From assembly GCF_009834535.1 (NCBI RefSeq), contig NC_045697.1:20710001-20774000 (forward strand): a DNA stretch of 64,000 nt. Reading direction: 5' to 3'. Numbering within the stretch: position 1 is the first letter of the stretch; each line of letters begins with the position of its first letter. Position numbers and translations under genes: made by a program. Under the pieces are notes generated by a model, which worked only from the letters and a program-made list of their open reading frames with translations, made no database searches and was not told the DNA's origin. Positions 49,430 through 63,327 of the stretch are shown piece after piece. The stretch is from Camelus ferus. Taxonomy: Eukaryota.

Positions 49430-50065
49430 AGCAATAACTTATTGAATATTTACTACGTATCAGGCACTGTTACGTAGTGATGTACTATAAGGGGACTTAA
49501 GCTCTGTTTAATTTTTCTAATAGTCCTACAAGAAGGTAATGTCAAGTCCATTATACAGGAAATGAAACTGAAGCTAAGAGAAATATTTTTTCCTTATAAG
49601 CTACATAGTTAGTGGCAAAAATGATTAATTTTATGTGTCAACTTGGCTAGGCTCCAATACCCAGCTATTTGGGTAAAACTATTCTAGAAGTTTCTGTGAA
49701 GCTGTGTTTTAGATGGGATTCATATATAAATTGGTAGACTATTAGTAAAGCAGATTGTTCTCCATAATGTGGGTAAGCCTCATCCAATCAATTGAAGACT
49801 TTAAAAAAAGACTGACCTTCCCTGAGGAAGAAGGGACTCTGCCAGCAGACTCCCTCCAGCCTGGGACTGCAGCTCTTCCCTGGGCTTCCCTCCTGCCAGC
49901 CTACTCGGCAGATTTTAAACTTGCCAGGTTCCACAATCACATGAGCCAAGTTTTTAAATCTCTTGATAGACAGATAGGGAAGGAGAGAGAGAGAGAACCA
50001 TGATATATATAGTGGCAGAAGCAAAATTTTAAAACAAGGACTTTCTGATTTAAACCTTAAGATTT
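49430..50065 (-). mobile_element. MIR SINE interrupted by an MLT2 LTR
   Basis: attgaatatttactacgtatcaggcactgt...ccattatacaggaaatgaaactgaagct; resumes agtggcagaagcaaaattttaaa after the LTR. Confidence 0.75.
49617..50010 (+). mobile_element. MLT2 (ERVL) LTR
   Basis: ttaattttatgtgtcaacttggctagg...gtaaagcagattgttctccataatgtgggt...cctcatccaatcaattgaag...cacaatcacatgagccaa. Confidence 0.9.
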
Positions 50066-50094
50066 TTAAAATTCTGGGGGTAATGCAGTATCAG

Positions 50095-50620
50095 TCATGC
50101 TGTTCTAGTCAATCCTTTATTTTGTGCTTATCTTTCTGTAATGTGTGTGTGTCTGCTTGACATCACTTTGGTCTAGCACCCATGCACCATGTCTGTCAGT
50201 GTGGCTCTGGTCAGTTCTCTCCCATGCCCTGGGTTAGAGGAAAGCTCACACTTCAGAACTGACCAATTTAAAAAGTGCATTGTTTCCATCACAGGGATTG
50301 GTTTATCAAAGGGCTGAAACAAAGTGGGCCAGTTAAAGCCATTCTGGATCTCTCAGGTAAGAGGGATTTCCTTCTAAAATTATTTTCATTGAGGACAATG
50401 TAGATGTTCATATGTCTTGAGCTGCCAGAAGATAAAGTAAGCAAAGAAGTACGCAGAGGAGAGAGACAATATTAATGAATCACTAGAGCTTTTAGGGCCA
50501 ACCTTGTTTAAACACATTTAGTTTTCTGATATTATATATTCTGATAGTGGAAAGTAATTTATAAGTTAGTTTAACTTAGAGTAATGTTTCTGTCTCTTAA
50601 AATGAAAAGAACTCAGTTAA
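50095..50620 (+). mobile_element. Old MaLR (MLT1-type) LTR
   Basis: cacagggattggttt...aaagtgggccagttaaag and 3' taagttagtttaacttagagt..tttctgtctctt. Confidence 0.55.
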
Positions 50621-52064
50621 ATTAAAATTTAATTACAAGAACTTCATTAAAAGAATAAATACTTCGTGATACAGTTAAGCATTTTTGTTTTTGGTTTTGG
50701 GGTTTTTGGTTCAGAAAATTTTGTGACACTCAATACGTTAATATAAACATCACTGTGGGAGAACTTATAGTACAGACAACTGTTAAATGAAGACATTCAT
50801 TTACTTATTCATCACAATAGTAGATTCAGTTTATCTTCACAGAGGTGAATCTTCCATGATACTTATAGATAGATGTAACCTTCCATTTTTATAGAAAATT
50901 CTGGTTTTCCGAATGCTATTCCATTAGTTATCTCATTCAGATAGTCATCAAGCCCTATGACATGGTTTGTATCAGTATGATGACCACAATGTATTGATGA
51001 TGAATTTATTGCTAAGTTTTTTGAAAGACTTAATATTTCACAATTAGTTAATGGCAAATAAAGACTACATAACTCGTGCATACAAAAAATACAGAGATTT
51101 TGTCACATAGTAACCAAACCATAAATTTGAATAAGTAATTGCCATATATATATGAATTTGAGGTATGTATACAGATATATGTATACATAAAATGCATTTA
51201 TATGAGTATACATATACATAGGAGCTACTGTAGCACATATTTGGGAGATTTAGTTTGTACTGAAAAGTGCTTAGCTTTTCTAGTTCAAACACTTAGTAAT
51301 GATTTAGTGTTTCTGACCAAGGAAGGACATGTGCAGAAGACCACAAACAGGTTGCATCTATTATGGAAGACTATCAGGAGATAATCTGAGAGCAAAATAG
51401 AATTAAATGGGTAGAGTTTTTAACTTTTTTCATCTTTATTTAATCCACTGGAAAAGGGAGAAAAAGAGAAGAAATTAACAACTCAGCATAGTTTCAAATC
51501 TTTCCCACTCAATATTTACAGAGATCTAAATCACAAAAGTTGTAGAAAAATGAGGATTCATGTTAGAACAATTGTTAAGTAAATCCTAACACACACAGCA
51601 GGCACAAAAATGGGATTAAATCTTTAATAAGGGATATTGATTGTAATATTGTGAAAACATTCTTTCATGAGTTAGGTATACTGTTACAAAAGTTAATAGA
51701 ATATCTTACTTGAGAAACATCTCTATAATTGAATTTATTTTAAACCCTGAAGGTCACTGAATGAGTATGGAAAGCTAAAATTCTTTCATTAGTCAAAAGA
51801 AAACAAGGCCTCAAGGGAGGAATTTCAGATAAATAATTTCTTGGCTGATGTTTTGAATATTTTGAAGATTCTATAAAAGATGATTCTAAGATCAATTTAA
51901 GATATACCTCTGGTAAGTCTTCTATAAGAAGCATATGTAATAGAATATGACTATATAACACTGTGATATTTTTAACATGGCAAAGTTAATCTAAACTTTA
52001 ATCTCAGACACTGTGTTATTAATTTCTTCTGTTGAAAATAATCCCTGGGATTAGAAAAAAAAGT

Positions 52065-52530
52065 AGTGCCTTCTAGGATGTAGCAATGTTCTGTTCCTAG
52101 ATCTAGGTTGGTAAAAAATGTTTTAAGCTGTTCACACGTGATCTTTGCGCTTGTGTTTAAGTTTTTGCTCCATTTTGAGTTAATTTTTGTGAGTGGTGTG
52201 AGACAGAGTTTACTAGGAGGCTGGTGTCACAGGCGCTGCTGCTGCTGTTGGGGGCACTGGGGTTGTGGGTGCCATCGTCACTGCTCCCTCAACTCCACTA
52301 CTGCTCTCCTGGTTCAGCTGCCTCTACAAGGTCCAATCCATCCACCTTCAGAGTGGTGGATATGGGATATGTGACTCTCTCCAGCATCCTGATGTGCTGT
52401 GCGCGGGAACCTTTGCTGGGTTATGGCAGTAAGTGACACTCAGTGTCATGTAGGCGTTGTTGGTATTGTTTCACTTGATCAATGCTAGCTGTCCAATAAG
52501 TTGATCTACACACATATTACACCTTAATTA
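52065..52530. mobile_element. Mixed L1 fragments (old 3' end, antisense ORF2 piece, GC-rich 5'UTR-like piece)
   Basis: aatgttctgttcctagatctagg (L1M 3' end); ccattttgagttaatttttgtgagtggtgtgag (antisense ORF2); GC-rich 52215-52430. Confidence 0.5.
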
Positions 52531-52559
52531 AAATAGGAGATTATGTGTGTTTCACATAT

Positions 52560-52890
52560 ACATCCAAGATGTTTCCAGGGAGATGAACATCTGATCTACA
52601 AAGTCATTCAGGGACATGGACTTATGGGATTCTATCATCTTTAGTACATGGCTTTCAAAGCCAGTGTTGGCATTCATATTAGCAAAGAGAAAGTGAAAGA
52701 GTACAAAAAATAGCATGTGGAAATATTTTCATTTTTGTGTTTGTTTACTTTTAGCCAGACCTAGGACTGGTAGTGCTGCATATGCTTTTGCTCACATCAA
52801 CTCAGTCACATGGCCACATTTAATTGAAAGAAAGACTAGGATCATATAGGATAATTTTTCAAGAAAAAGAAGAAGTAATTGGTCAAAGCT
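52560..52890 (-). mobile_element. MaLR MLT1-type LTR fragment
   Basis: agtcattcagggac...ttttgctcacatc..ctcagtcacatggccacatttaattg. Confidence 0.7.
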
Positions 52891-54709
52891 AGCATTAACT
52901 GTTAACATCTATCTACTGTTAACACCTTGATAAGCATAAGATGCACTATGTATGCAAAATCCCTGAAATGGTTCTCAGTACACTTTCTTTAGTTTGCACA
53001 TGAACTCAACCCTTATGATCTCAACCATTGTCTATTTGTCAAACACCTCAGATTCTCCATTTTTTTGCATAAAAATGATAGCTAAACCACATGTTGATTC
53101 AACTTTCAGAATTCATTGTTTTATTTGTATGAAAATCTTCTTACTATTATATCATCACCATGATGATGCTGTTCAATCACCGAGAAAATCAAGATTGATT
53201 TTCCCATAGACTAGGCTTTGAATTAGTTGGCCAAGAAACACATAGTTATGATGTTTTTCCAATGCACATAGAACGTGAATTCAGTTTTGTTGGTCTATCA
53301 AATCACCTATAAAAGTGTTCCTAACATTTAATAGAACACACTTATTATGACTTTAGTAATGGAAGTATTTAATGTTCTGTCCTCGTTATCTTATGATTTT
53401 TTTTCCCCCAAAGCTTCCAATCTCCACTAGTTAAATTGAATTCACTGATCTGATACACTCCTTTTGTAATTAAAACTGGTACGTTTAATATTTCTTATCA
53501 CAATTATAAAACATATGCTTATATGACACCTATTTAACAAAAATAACCACTAATAGTAAATAAACACTAACTTTTTGTAAACATTGTGCTATCTCATTCA
53601 ACATTATAAGAAGAAAAACTAATGTGGAAAATGCAATTTATTTATATTAGGAAATAATCGCCATTGACATGATAACATAAGTCAAGCAGCAAGATCATTT
53701 ATTTAAGAAAAATATCCTCTTTCCTGTTTTGTCTTCAGCTTCTTTCTGCTACCTGTTCTGCTATCTGCACATCCTCTGAATAGCACTTAGGTGGTTTGTG
53801 GGAAGGAAATTATTCCACTTAAGTGGTACATTCTAAGTTAATTATCCACTAATGTCTGAATAGCCTTCTTCATTTGTGAAATTATATTTTAAAATTATCT
53901 ACTGCCTCCATTATTTTTCTTCTCCCTAGAATTCTCTTTCAACTAGTACGACACCTTTTCATTAAAGTAAAGCCTGATATATTAAAGTTAAATGTCTTTA
54001 AAGGCAATTTAAATCACCTTCCATATGTCATTGGAAAACATATAACCACCAAGGGGAAAGGAAAAATGATCAGTTTCACTGGTCTATCACAGAAATACAT
54101 TGAAAGTTTTACTTTAAAAATTATAAAACTTTGCCAAAAAAGAATTATGGGACAACAAGAGTCTTTTTCATCTCTAGATCCTTTTCATGAGAACTCTCAA
54201 GAGAAAGCTCATAACTGCTGTTTCTGTATTCATCTGAAGGGGAGGAAGAGGACAAACAATTGAAGGTGATTTTAGCAAGATTTCAAGCAGTAACACTGGA
54301 ATTAAATGTTGAAAGCAGAAAGGCTATCATGTCAGGGTACTTGTGAAGAAACATAAATCTGGGTCTTCATTAAACTTTCAGCTTAAGCTTTTTAAAGGTT
54401 GAGTGAAATATTTTACTGTTGTGTCTATCAGAAATCATGAATTAGATTACTGAAAAATTTGCTGTGGTCTACTTTTTAGTGATGGTATTTACAAAATTCC
54501 AGTTATCATATACCTTTTAAATGACAGGGGCACATCTTGTGAGTAACTCCAAGAATAATAACAATATCATATTAAATAACTATGATTTGATAATGGTTGC
54601 CAGTGGTTATAAATTTGAAATCAAAACAAAATAATAGCTGTAAGTAAATATTGAAAAGACTATGCAAAGTCATTTGGGGTACTTAGGGATCAGGAAAGAA
54701 CTTAGAAAA

Positions 54710-56290
54710 TCATACCCAACCCTTTCTCTTGCCTCCTTCTGTATTCTGTCTTAGACGGTAGTACCTTCATTCACTTACTCACCAGAAAGCTGGAAATCAT
54801 CTCAGATTCCTTTATATTTCAATATCTATAATCAATAACGTACTCACCTCTGGCAGATTTAACCTCCTAAACAACTCTCAAAACCAACTTTATGTATTTA
54901 GAGCTTTATTAAGATATAATTCAGAGACATTATAATCCATCCCTTTAAGAGTGTACAAAACAATGGTTTTTAATATATTCACAAAGTTGTACAACCATCA
55001 CCACAATCAATTTTAGGTCATTTTCATCACTTTCAAAAGAAATCTTGTTGCCAATTTCCAGTCACTTCCCATCTTCACAATTATCAGCCCTTAGCAATCA
55101 TTAATCTATTTTCTGTTTCTCTAGATTTGTAAATTCTGGGCATTTTATATAAAAAAATCAAATATTACAATAAGTAGTCTTTTGTGACTCATTTCTTTTA
55201 TTTAGAATGTTTCCAGGTTCTGCCATATTTTAGAATTTGTCAGGACTTCTTTCCTAATTATGGCTGAATTAATATTCTGTTGTTGGATATACTGCATTTT
55301 ACTTATCCATTCATCAGTTGATGAACATTTGAGGATTTCCACTTTTCAGCTATTATGAACAGCACTGCTATTAACGTTCATGTACAAGAGTTTGTCTGTG
55401 CCTGTGTTCTTACTTCTCTTGACTATACGGCTAGAAATTCTGTATTTTTCATTTGAGGAACTGCCAGATTATTTTCCAATGTGGTTTCACCATTTTACTT
55501 TTTGATCAGAAATATAGGAGAATTCTAATTTCCTTATATCCTCCTGGGTACTTTTTATTGTTTGTCTTTTTGGCTGTAGCCATCCCACTCATGAAGTGTT
55601 ACATCATCAAGCTTTTGATTTGCATTTCCCTGTCAACAAGTGATGTTGAGCATCTTTTAATGTATTTATTGGCCATTTGTATATTTTCTCTGGAGATAAG
55701 TCTATTCAGATGCTTTGCCTGTTTTAAATTGAGTTAGCTCTCTTTTTATTATTGAGTTGTAAGAATTGTTTTTATATTTTAGGTATAAACCCCTTATCAG
55801 ACATTTAATTTGCAAATATGTTCTCCCATTCTATGTGTTGTCTTTTCATTTTCTTGACGGCATCCTTTGAAGCATAAAAGTTTTTAATTAAAAAATAATT
55901 TTGATAGAGCAAACTTTCTAGTGCTAAATTATTTCAGATTACTGCCTTCATTCAGGTCCCATTTCTCCTCCCGATGCCATTGCTCTAAGCTCAAAACTAA
56001 TTTCCCTGCTTTCAGTCCAGCCTCCCCCTGTATATCTTCATTTTGTTAGCAGTTTGATCCTTCCAAAAAATGTAAGTTGATCATTATCCTTATTTCTAAA
56101 GCAGTGTACCTTGAGAAAAGTACATACTTTCTGGTAAAGAAAATAAATTATCTGCATGAAATCACTTCTGGTGGCCCCTTCAGCACTTCATTTCACTGTG
56201 CCCCACCTTGCAAGTGACATTCCAGATATCCCATAACTTTCTAAGTTCAGTAGATGGGACCAAACTCACTCTGGCCTCTGTCCCTCCTAC
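54710..56290 (+). mobile_element. L2 fragments flanking the nested L1
   Basis: ccagaaagctggaaatcatctcagattcct before, and actgccttcattcagg...gatccttccaaaaaatgtaagttgatcat after the L1. Confidence 0.6.
54895..55890 (-). mobile_element. L1MB-type 3' end, antisense
   Basis: agctttattaagatataattca...gttgtacaaccatcaccacaatcaatttta; ccattcatcagttgatgaacattt; gatgttgagcatctttt. Confidence 0.92.
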
Positions 56291-56764
56291 CAACACGCAT
56301 ATGCACATGGGTTTGTACCTTCTATCTCATAGGACACAAGCTGGTTATTTATGGACTGTCTCAGGGTCACAGATACATTCTCTGATAATGTTTGAGACAC
56401 ATGGTTTAATTTTAAATAATTCCCTACAGGTTGATATGAAAACCTGGATTTCTACTTTATCTTAAAAAATTAGAAGCTCTAGTAAGACTAGGCCTATATT
56501 CTTGCATGTTTATAACCAAGTAAATTTGGGCAGCTGTTAGCTTTTTAAAATAAGGTATGGACTCTTTAATTACCATTGTCCTAATCATGACCTTTTGAAT
56601 CCTCCCCAGTGAGGTCTAGTGCTATTGTAATTTGTCGATTCATAGCTAATTTATTTCACTCATTTAGATTACCTGACTGGTACCTCAGTGTATTTTATAG
56701 TTATCTCTATTTTATATGCTTCTCACAAGGAAATAGTTGCATTTGATTACCTATAACAACCTGG

Positions 56765-57010
56765 GTTTGTGATTAAGACTGTAGGTAGGCTCTGAAACTC
56801 AAGTATCTGGGTCAAACTTTGGCTCTACCACTTAAAGGCTATTTAAACCTTTTTTTATGTTATTTAAATTTCTATGCTCCAGTTTCTTCCATGATATAAA
56901 AAGTACAATGGTGATAACTATCTCAAAAACTGTGTCTGTCTATGTTACAGAAATTATATGTCATCATGTGTATGGTCCTTGAGTACTATGGATATATCTC
57001 ATAAGTGTGT
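56765..57010 (+). mobile_element. MIR SINE
   Basis: ctgggtcaaactttggctctaccactta...tatttaaatttctatgctccagtttctt. Confidence 0.65.
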
Positions 57011-58102
57011 ATTTTTATTCCATCTCTACTTCACTTAAAAAGGCTATTTTCTTATTATCTTTGTATGTAAGGTACCCAGCATTTTGTCTTGTAGACAGTA
57101 GATATTCAAAGCTTACTGGATCACTTTGATAAATGTAAAACAAGTCAAAGCTGGAGGAAATACTTTTCTGATGTAGTTTATGTAAACTTTTAATTAAAAA
57201 ACAGGGAATTGCTCTTATCTCATTCAGGCCTCCTCCCAATTATTAATTTCTTTGATAATTTATTTCTTTGTTTATTTTTACATTACCTGGCTTATGAGTC
57301 CATGAGGGTGATTCATTGTTCCTTCATGCTTTATAGGAAACGTCCATTATTTTCAGGTGTAGTTTCTGGTCCTGTTTGGAAGAAAATGCATAGTGATTTG
57401 TTCAAATAAATCTTTTGCCACAAATGCTTCACATGGAGCTGTAACTTCTCTTCTAAAAGTCAGCATCTAGTCTATTTCTTGATGTAATCCCCCACTGCCC
57501 TGTCTATGTAGTGTGCATTATCTAACATGGTGGCATTCATCCCACATACTTTACCGTAGAGTACTATTTATGGGTTCTTAGTTCATCATAAATACATCTA
57601 CAGATATTTATCTCAGAAGTTCAAATTATAGCATGCACAGATAGTCTCCTGAGAATGTAAAAGGAAAAATAGTTTGCAGTGCCAGAGCTTTGCATAGTCA
57701 TAGATTACACTAGTTCAACCAACTCTTTCAAAAATGCTTTAATCAGAACAGTTCTTAATACATTTAAAATATGGATATATTTTAGAATGAGTTGATGAAT
57801 TATATTCTGTATATCAAACATTTGCAGAACAAGTTTCCCGCACAACATTCCCTGGAGTTCACCAGGTACGATGTGGTACTTGAACTCAGCCAGATGGAAA
57901 GTTAGATTTAGAAACGCAAGAATGAAACAAGTGCTCAACAGATTTATAAGCTAATATCTGTGAAATACAGGTGGTGGGGGTATAAATAATTAGTACTGGG
58001 ATTTTAGTAAGTACCTATACAGAGCAGTGATTGGATGGTCCATGATAAAAATGAAAGTCTAGGAAAAATATTCCAGGCGAAGAGCACAGTTTGTCTCTAC
58101 CA

Positions 58103-58185
58103 ATGTGAAGAACCATCCTGATCTGCCCAAGGCTGAGAATAAAACAGGAAAGTCCCAGAAAAACTGGGATAGGCTTGTCATCCTA
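58103..58185. mobile_element. MER81/MER94-like hAT MITE remnant
   Basis: aaccatcctgatctgcccaaggctg...gtcccagaaaaactgggataggcttgtcatccta. Confidence 0.55.
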
Positions 58186-61100
58186 AATGAAAACAATGAG
58201 AAGATGGGGATAGAACATCATTTTAAAGTTCCACCTATGGTGAAAGATTACGAAGATGCTAATAATCACATCCCTTGTTTCTATCCATCAATATGAACTC
58301 AGTTCACCTGCATCCTACCTGATCTGAAATTGTCAGTTTTAGAATCATCTTTAGATTACTACTCTTTAAGTTCTAGCAGGAAAAGCTGAGCTCAGACATT
58401 TAGTGCCTCTCTTATTTTTTAAGAATTTTTAACACTAAATTATAAATACATTGTGAAAGTTTTATATAGCACATTCATAAAACACCGACCTATAAGAATT
58501 CTTAGGAAGTGTTTATGCCTTTTCTCAGACTCATGAACAACTAGGCTTTCCATGAGCTTTTGTCTTATCTTATGAATTCTGTCAATTCTATCATTTACTG
58601 GGTTTTATCCTTCATTGTGGCTGTTAGAAAACTTAGAGACAAACTTCGACCTATCTTTTATATACGCCTATAATGGTCAATAACATGTAATTTGCAGATA
58701 ACCTCCAATGAGCACCACTTTCTTTCTTATCTTTTTGGTTCCCAGTGTTTTGTCTTTCTTTATTCTTTTTAACATTTTTCACATTGTCAAATTATTTACA
58801 CCCTTGTATAAATATACCCTTGTATTTTTCCTGGAACAAGATAAGGCATAAATAAGGAAATATTTTATGATTTATGTCTGTTACCTTGGGAAACAACAGA
58901 GAAATTTGATCAATAGGATATTAAAATGCATTTCACTGGAGTATTAAAAACAGGACCCCTGTGTTATCACAGCGAGGAGATGAAAAGAGAACACAAAAAT
59001 TATTGTTTTAGAAAAAAATTATTGTTTAAAATGAAAGATAAGATTTTCCTTCCTAAGAATTATTTTCTTCAGCCCAATTCCTTATTCACACAAAGGGAAC
59101 ACAGCACAATCAACAAAATTAAAACAAAATATCTCTGAGCAGTCGTTCTCTGTATTCATAAAAAAGGCCAAGTTCTTGCTAAGAGGTCCCCTGCTACTGA
59201 ATGCTGTTAGAGGGCACTCGGTAACCTGTGGTCTACTAGTGTCACTTAGCAAGTTCTCCTAAGACCCACTTGAAGAAAAAGGTACCAGCAACCTGGAGTG
59301 AGAAGCCAGCAAGTATATGAATAGTAGTTACTAATGAGAACCATAATAGGGCCCTATATACTAAGATGAGCGTCAAAGATGGAACTAAATTCTTTGAAAG
59401 GGTGCCAACTAGTTTAAGAAGACTTCCTCTGTTCATGTGGTTTAATGGTTAGACTTACTTCAGGGACCTAGAGCAATAGTAATAAAGTTTGTATCTTTCT
59501 TGAATAGTCTATTAATGAGTGATTAGAAAGACAGAATTTAGACATGATTTAGACTTATCTTGATGAAGTGGTGCTTCAATATGTTTTTTTATGTCAATTC
59601 CTTTTTTTCCTTTGTTCATGCTTGACATTAATGCCCTTATTATTGAGCTATAGGGTTTAAAAACTTTTGAGCATTAGTTGTTTTCAACTTTTCTTTATCC
59701 ATATGGGAACTGATTTTTTAAAAAAAAAACTTATAGCAAACAAAAAATAGACAATAACCATAATGACAACTTTTACTTTAGGTTAAGGAATATAAAAATA
59801 TACCAACTGGGTGGATATTTTTCATAAAAGTGAGGCCAAATGGAAACTGAGAGCTGAGTTAACGTCATTGATCTGCTGGTGCCACCAGCTGGGCACTGCT
59901 TTCTCAGAGAAGAGGAAAGAAATATTGGCACAAGGGAATTATTTCAGATCCAGGACGCAACTAATTGAATCACTTCTTACTTCAAACTTTGACAATGTAC
60001 ACATATTTTAAAGATACCATTAGTATCATAAATCTCATAAAGTTTTCTGTGATGTAAGTAATGGCTATTCACTTAAAAGAAGAGTTTCAAAGGAAGAAGG
60101 AAAGATTATGTTTGTTCTCATCAGACTTGTATTATATAGGAGCCAGTGTAATTTCTAGTTCTCCATGTCTTCTACTGAGTGGCAAAGCCAACACCAGGAA
60201 GTCATTAAAAGAAACATTTCTATATTGATGAAAAAATTAATTTATTTTTAATCTGAATATACAGATTTTTAAAAGAGTTGTTCTTTCTGTACTTCAGCTT
60301 TATACACATACTCTCACACACATTCATGGTTACAAACTGGCATAAATTTAGGCCGTAAGCAATTGTATTGAGGTAGATTGATGCATTAAAACTTTTAATG
60401 GTTTAAAATATAACAAATTGTACTTACTTGCAAAGCGGCTACAGATAGCTTCTGCTATATGTTCTAGGTCACCACAAGTTTCATGTGCATGTCATATTTA
60501 TAGAACTGAGAGCTAAATTTCTTATGTTATTCTGACATTGAATATATAACCGATTTGTTCTTTTATCAGACACATTACATTGTTAAGAACTTTATGTTGA
60601 CAGCATAGCTGGTGTTATAAGGTCTTTTAAAAGAAACAAAATTTATATTCTTCATAGTTTGACATAAACTCTGAAGTGGGTTGCCATGGCTAACTATTTT
60701 TTTTTAAGATATAATCATTTCTTAATGAATAATCAGGTAGAGATAGCATTTCAAACTGAGCAACTTTTTATTTTAAATCTCAGCTTTCAGTATCTTTTTT
60801 TCTCTCATTATTTCATTATTTCAAAAATATAACCAACATAGTGACACCTACATTAAAATAAACATTGTAATGCATGGTCATAGAGCAGCCCTTAAGCATC
60901 TTTAGCAGGCTTTTTTGTATACTGCCCACTGTGCATTAACACCAGCACTCTTAAGACCACCACTAAAGTTGACCTCCACAGTCACAGACGAGGAGCTCAG
61001 GATTCCATGAGCAATTGTTGGGAGTCTCAGTTATCTCTTTAAGATATGACTGTATATAAAAAGTTCTGGAATATTTATGAGTCTCTTTTTTGATGGCTAG

Positions 61101-61207
61101 TTATGAGACCCTTCTACATATATTTCAAAAAAGAAAAATGTGGTGACTTAAATAAGGTGTTTATTAGCTACAAAAAGAAACCAGATATGTTCCAGTTACA
61201 AAATCAC

Positions 61208-61442
61208 TTTTATATATTATATTTAAGTATAGTCAATTTACAATACTGTGTCAATTTCTGGTGCTTCAGTCATACATGAACATACATATATTCATTTTCA
61301 TATTCTTTTCTCTTCACTTCTTTCTTTTTAATATATTTTATTGAAGTATTCATATTCTTTTTCACCATGAATAGTAACAAGATATTGAACATAGTTCCCT
61401 GTGCTATACAGCATGAACTTACTGTGTATCTATTTTATATGA
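61208..61442 (-). mobile_element. Camelid-type L1 3' end, antisense, containing a micro-insertion
   Basis: aagtatagtcaatttacaat...tcagtcatacatgaacatacatatattc...caagatattgaacatagttccctgtgctatacag. Confidence 0.88.
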
Positions 61443-62030
61443 TAGCAAATTAAGTACAAGAAGAGATGCATTTACCTCTGGACTTCAGAAATAGTAAGAT
61501 TGTACATTTCTACTACAAACCAGTGCACAGAAAAAAAATATAGTCTTGGCAGAAACCTTAGATATTGCCTGGTCCACATGTTTTTAATGGAAACTATCAT
61601 GGCTTGTGTCACAATTAGCTACAAGATCAGCCACAAACAGTCAGTTCCTAGAAGTCATCAATATATTGGATTTTGATTAAATTACTTTTCTTTTAATAAT
61701 ACAACTAAAAAAAATTCAAGACTGTCACTAATAAATTTTTTTACTTAATCACCTACATCTCTGTATTTACCTGAATGAGAAGAGAGGAATTTAGTTCTAG
61801 CTAAAATTGTGTAGAACTGTGCACAGTCAACCAATGATCTTACCTTGACTGAAGCAATATAGCTGACTGGTACTATGTTCCCTTTTATAGATAATAAAAA
61901 GAAGTCCAAACATAATAAGAGGCAAGTCCAAGACACTGCTAAAATACATATCTCTGACTCCTCATTTTATATTTGTTTTTATCTGCCCTGCATGACACAG
62001 CTTTCAAGCATAAGAAGAACCACGAAGAAC

Positions 62031-62522
62031 TGTGGAGAGTCTGATATTTTACCCTATTTGAAGGCTGCTAAATTAACTTCCTACAGTTTCCCAGGTGCTG
62101 ACAGAAGACATGAGCGTTCTGAATCTGAGACAAAGGACTTTATTACTCACGGCACAATAAAATGCATGAACTTTCAGTTTGCGTTGGGTTCCCTCCACCC
62201 TCCCGCAAAATCCCACAGAGATGATGTGGAGGCCGGTACAGGTAAATGCTACATATATAAAGAACCTGTGTCACAGTCAAGGGATGCTGAGCTTAGAAAC
62301 CCACCTCTTAAAAGAACTACCGGCAAACAAGTCTAACCATTATCCCAGAAAGAGACATTATCTTTATCATCTGGGTCAGAAACCAAATCTGTCCTTTTCC
62401 CCAGAGGGATACCCTGTTTGCACCTTCCAAGACTACTTACTATTTAAACAATCCTGGGAAGATAGTTCAAAACAAAGGCTGACAGGACGTGCAGAAATGC
62501 CACAGATCATTGACACGCAACA
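62031..62522 (-). mobile_element. ERV1-class solo LTR (MER89/MER90-like)
   Basis: TG...CA termini, near-TSD gaac / ggac, gagacaaaggactttattactcac (minus-strand AATAAA). Confidence 0.8.
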
Positions 62523-63327
62523 GGACTCCACTGCACTGTGGTCTTCAAGGGAGCTGCAAACTATGGATGGGATTACAGCCTAATGGGAGGGTCTAAGTAA
62601 AAAAAGCCTATCATATGACTGCAACAGCACAATCGTGGTCAACTCTCTAGGTAAATATTCACAGAAATATCCATTTCTTCATTGTGAATTTCTTCTGAAT
62701 GACAGGTTGTATCTTATAGGAAGAGCCTGAGTTTATCCCATGCTAGGATCCTAAAAGCCTTCCTAATTTTGGCACCAGGAGGGAACCTGGCAGTAAGCTC
62801 TTTCTGGCACACAGGCAAGAACATGTTCTTTGGTCTTCTTATCTCCCCTTACATGCAAGTCTGAGCTGCCTGCAGTAGGATTAGGCAGGTCAGTTTGTTG
62901 TAGAAAGTCTTGTGTCAGAATGAGTTATCTATAATCCATTAAGTTACGTTCTCAGGTCTGCTTGTGAGAGCCCCTAGGTGAAAATCTTTAGGTGCCATGA
63001 GATTAACTCTTTCCTTTAAATTTAAGATTAGTTAATTTTAATTGCCTTAGGTACATTGCCCTGGAAGAGAAGGAAGGGAGTATGAGATAGTGTTCAAAAT
63101 TATGCCCACATGGCACAGTATCAATGATTCTCTCTTGCCCACACACTGTTTCCTAGGAAATGTAAAATTCTTTCTGAAGACTTGAGTTAGGGTGGTGGAA
63201 TCTGTATATTCACTTTGCTACACAATGATATGTTTCTAACTCAGAGAACTTCCTTCTTCAGAAAAGCATGTAACAGTAAGAACATTTAAGGACACAGTGC
63301 TTAACAATGAAATGTGCTTCCTGTGTT

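Noticed and set aside
57827..57864. Possible micro-exon (tgcag...ccag/gtacg)
   Set aside because: No polypyrimidine tract, weak donor and no recognisable peptide
59880..59897. CTCF-like site gccaccagctgggcac
   Set aside because: Spacing deviates from the CCACCAGGTGGC core; not supportable without a PWM score or ChIP data
61875..62583. Overlapping 153-aa and 134-aa ORFs
   Set aside because: They lie mostly within a solo LTR and show no recognisable protein similarity
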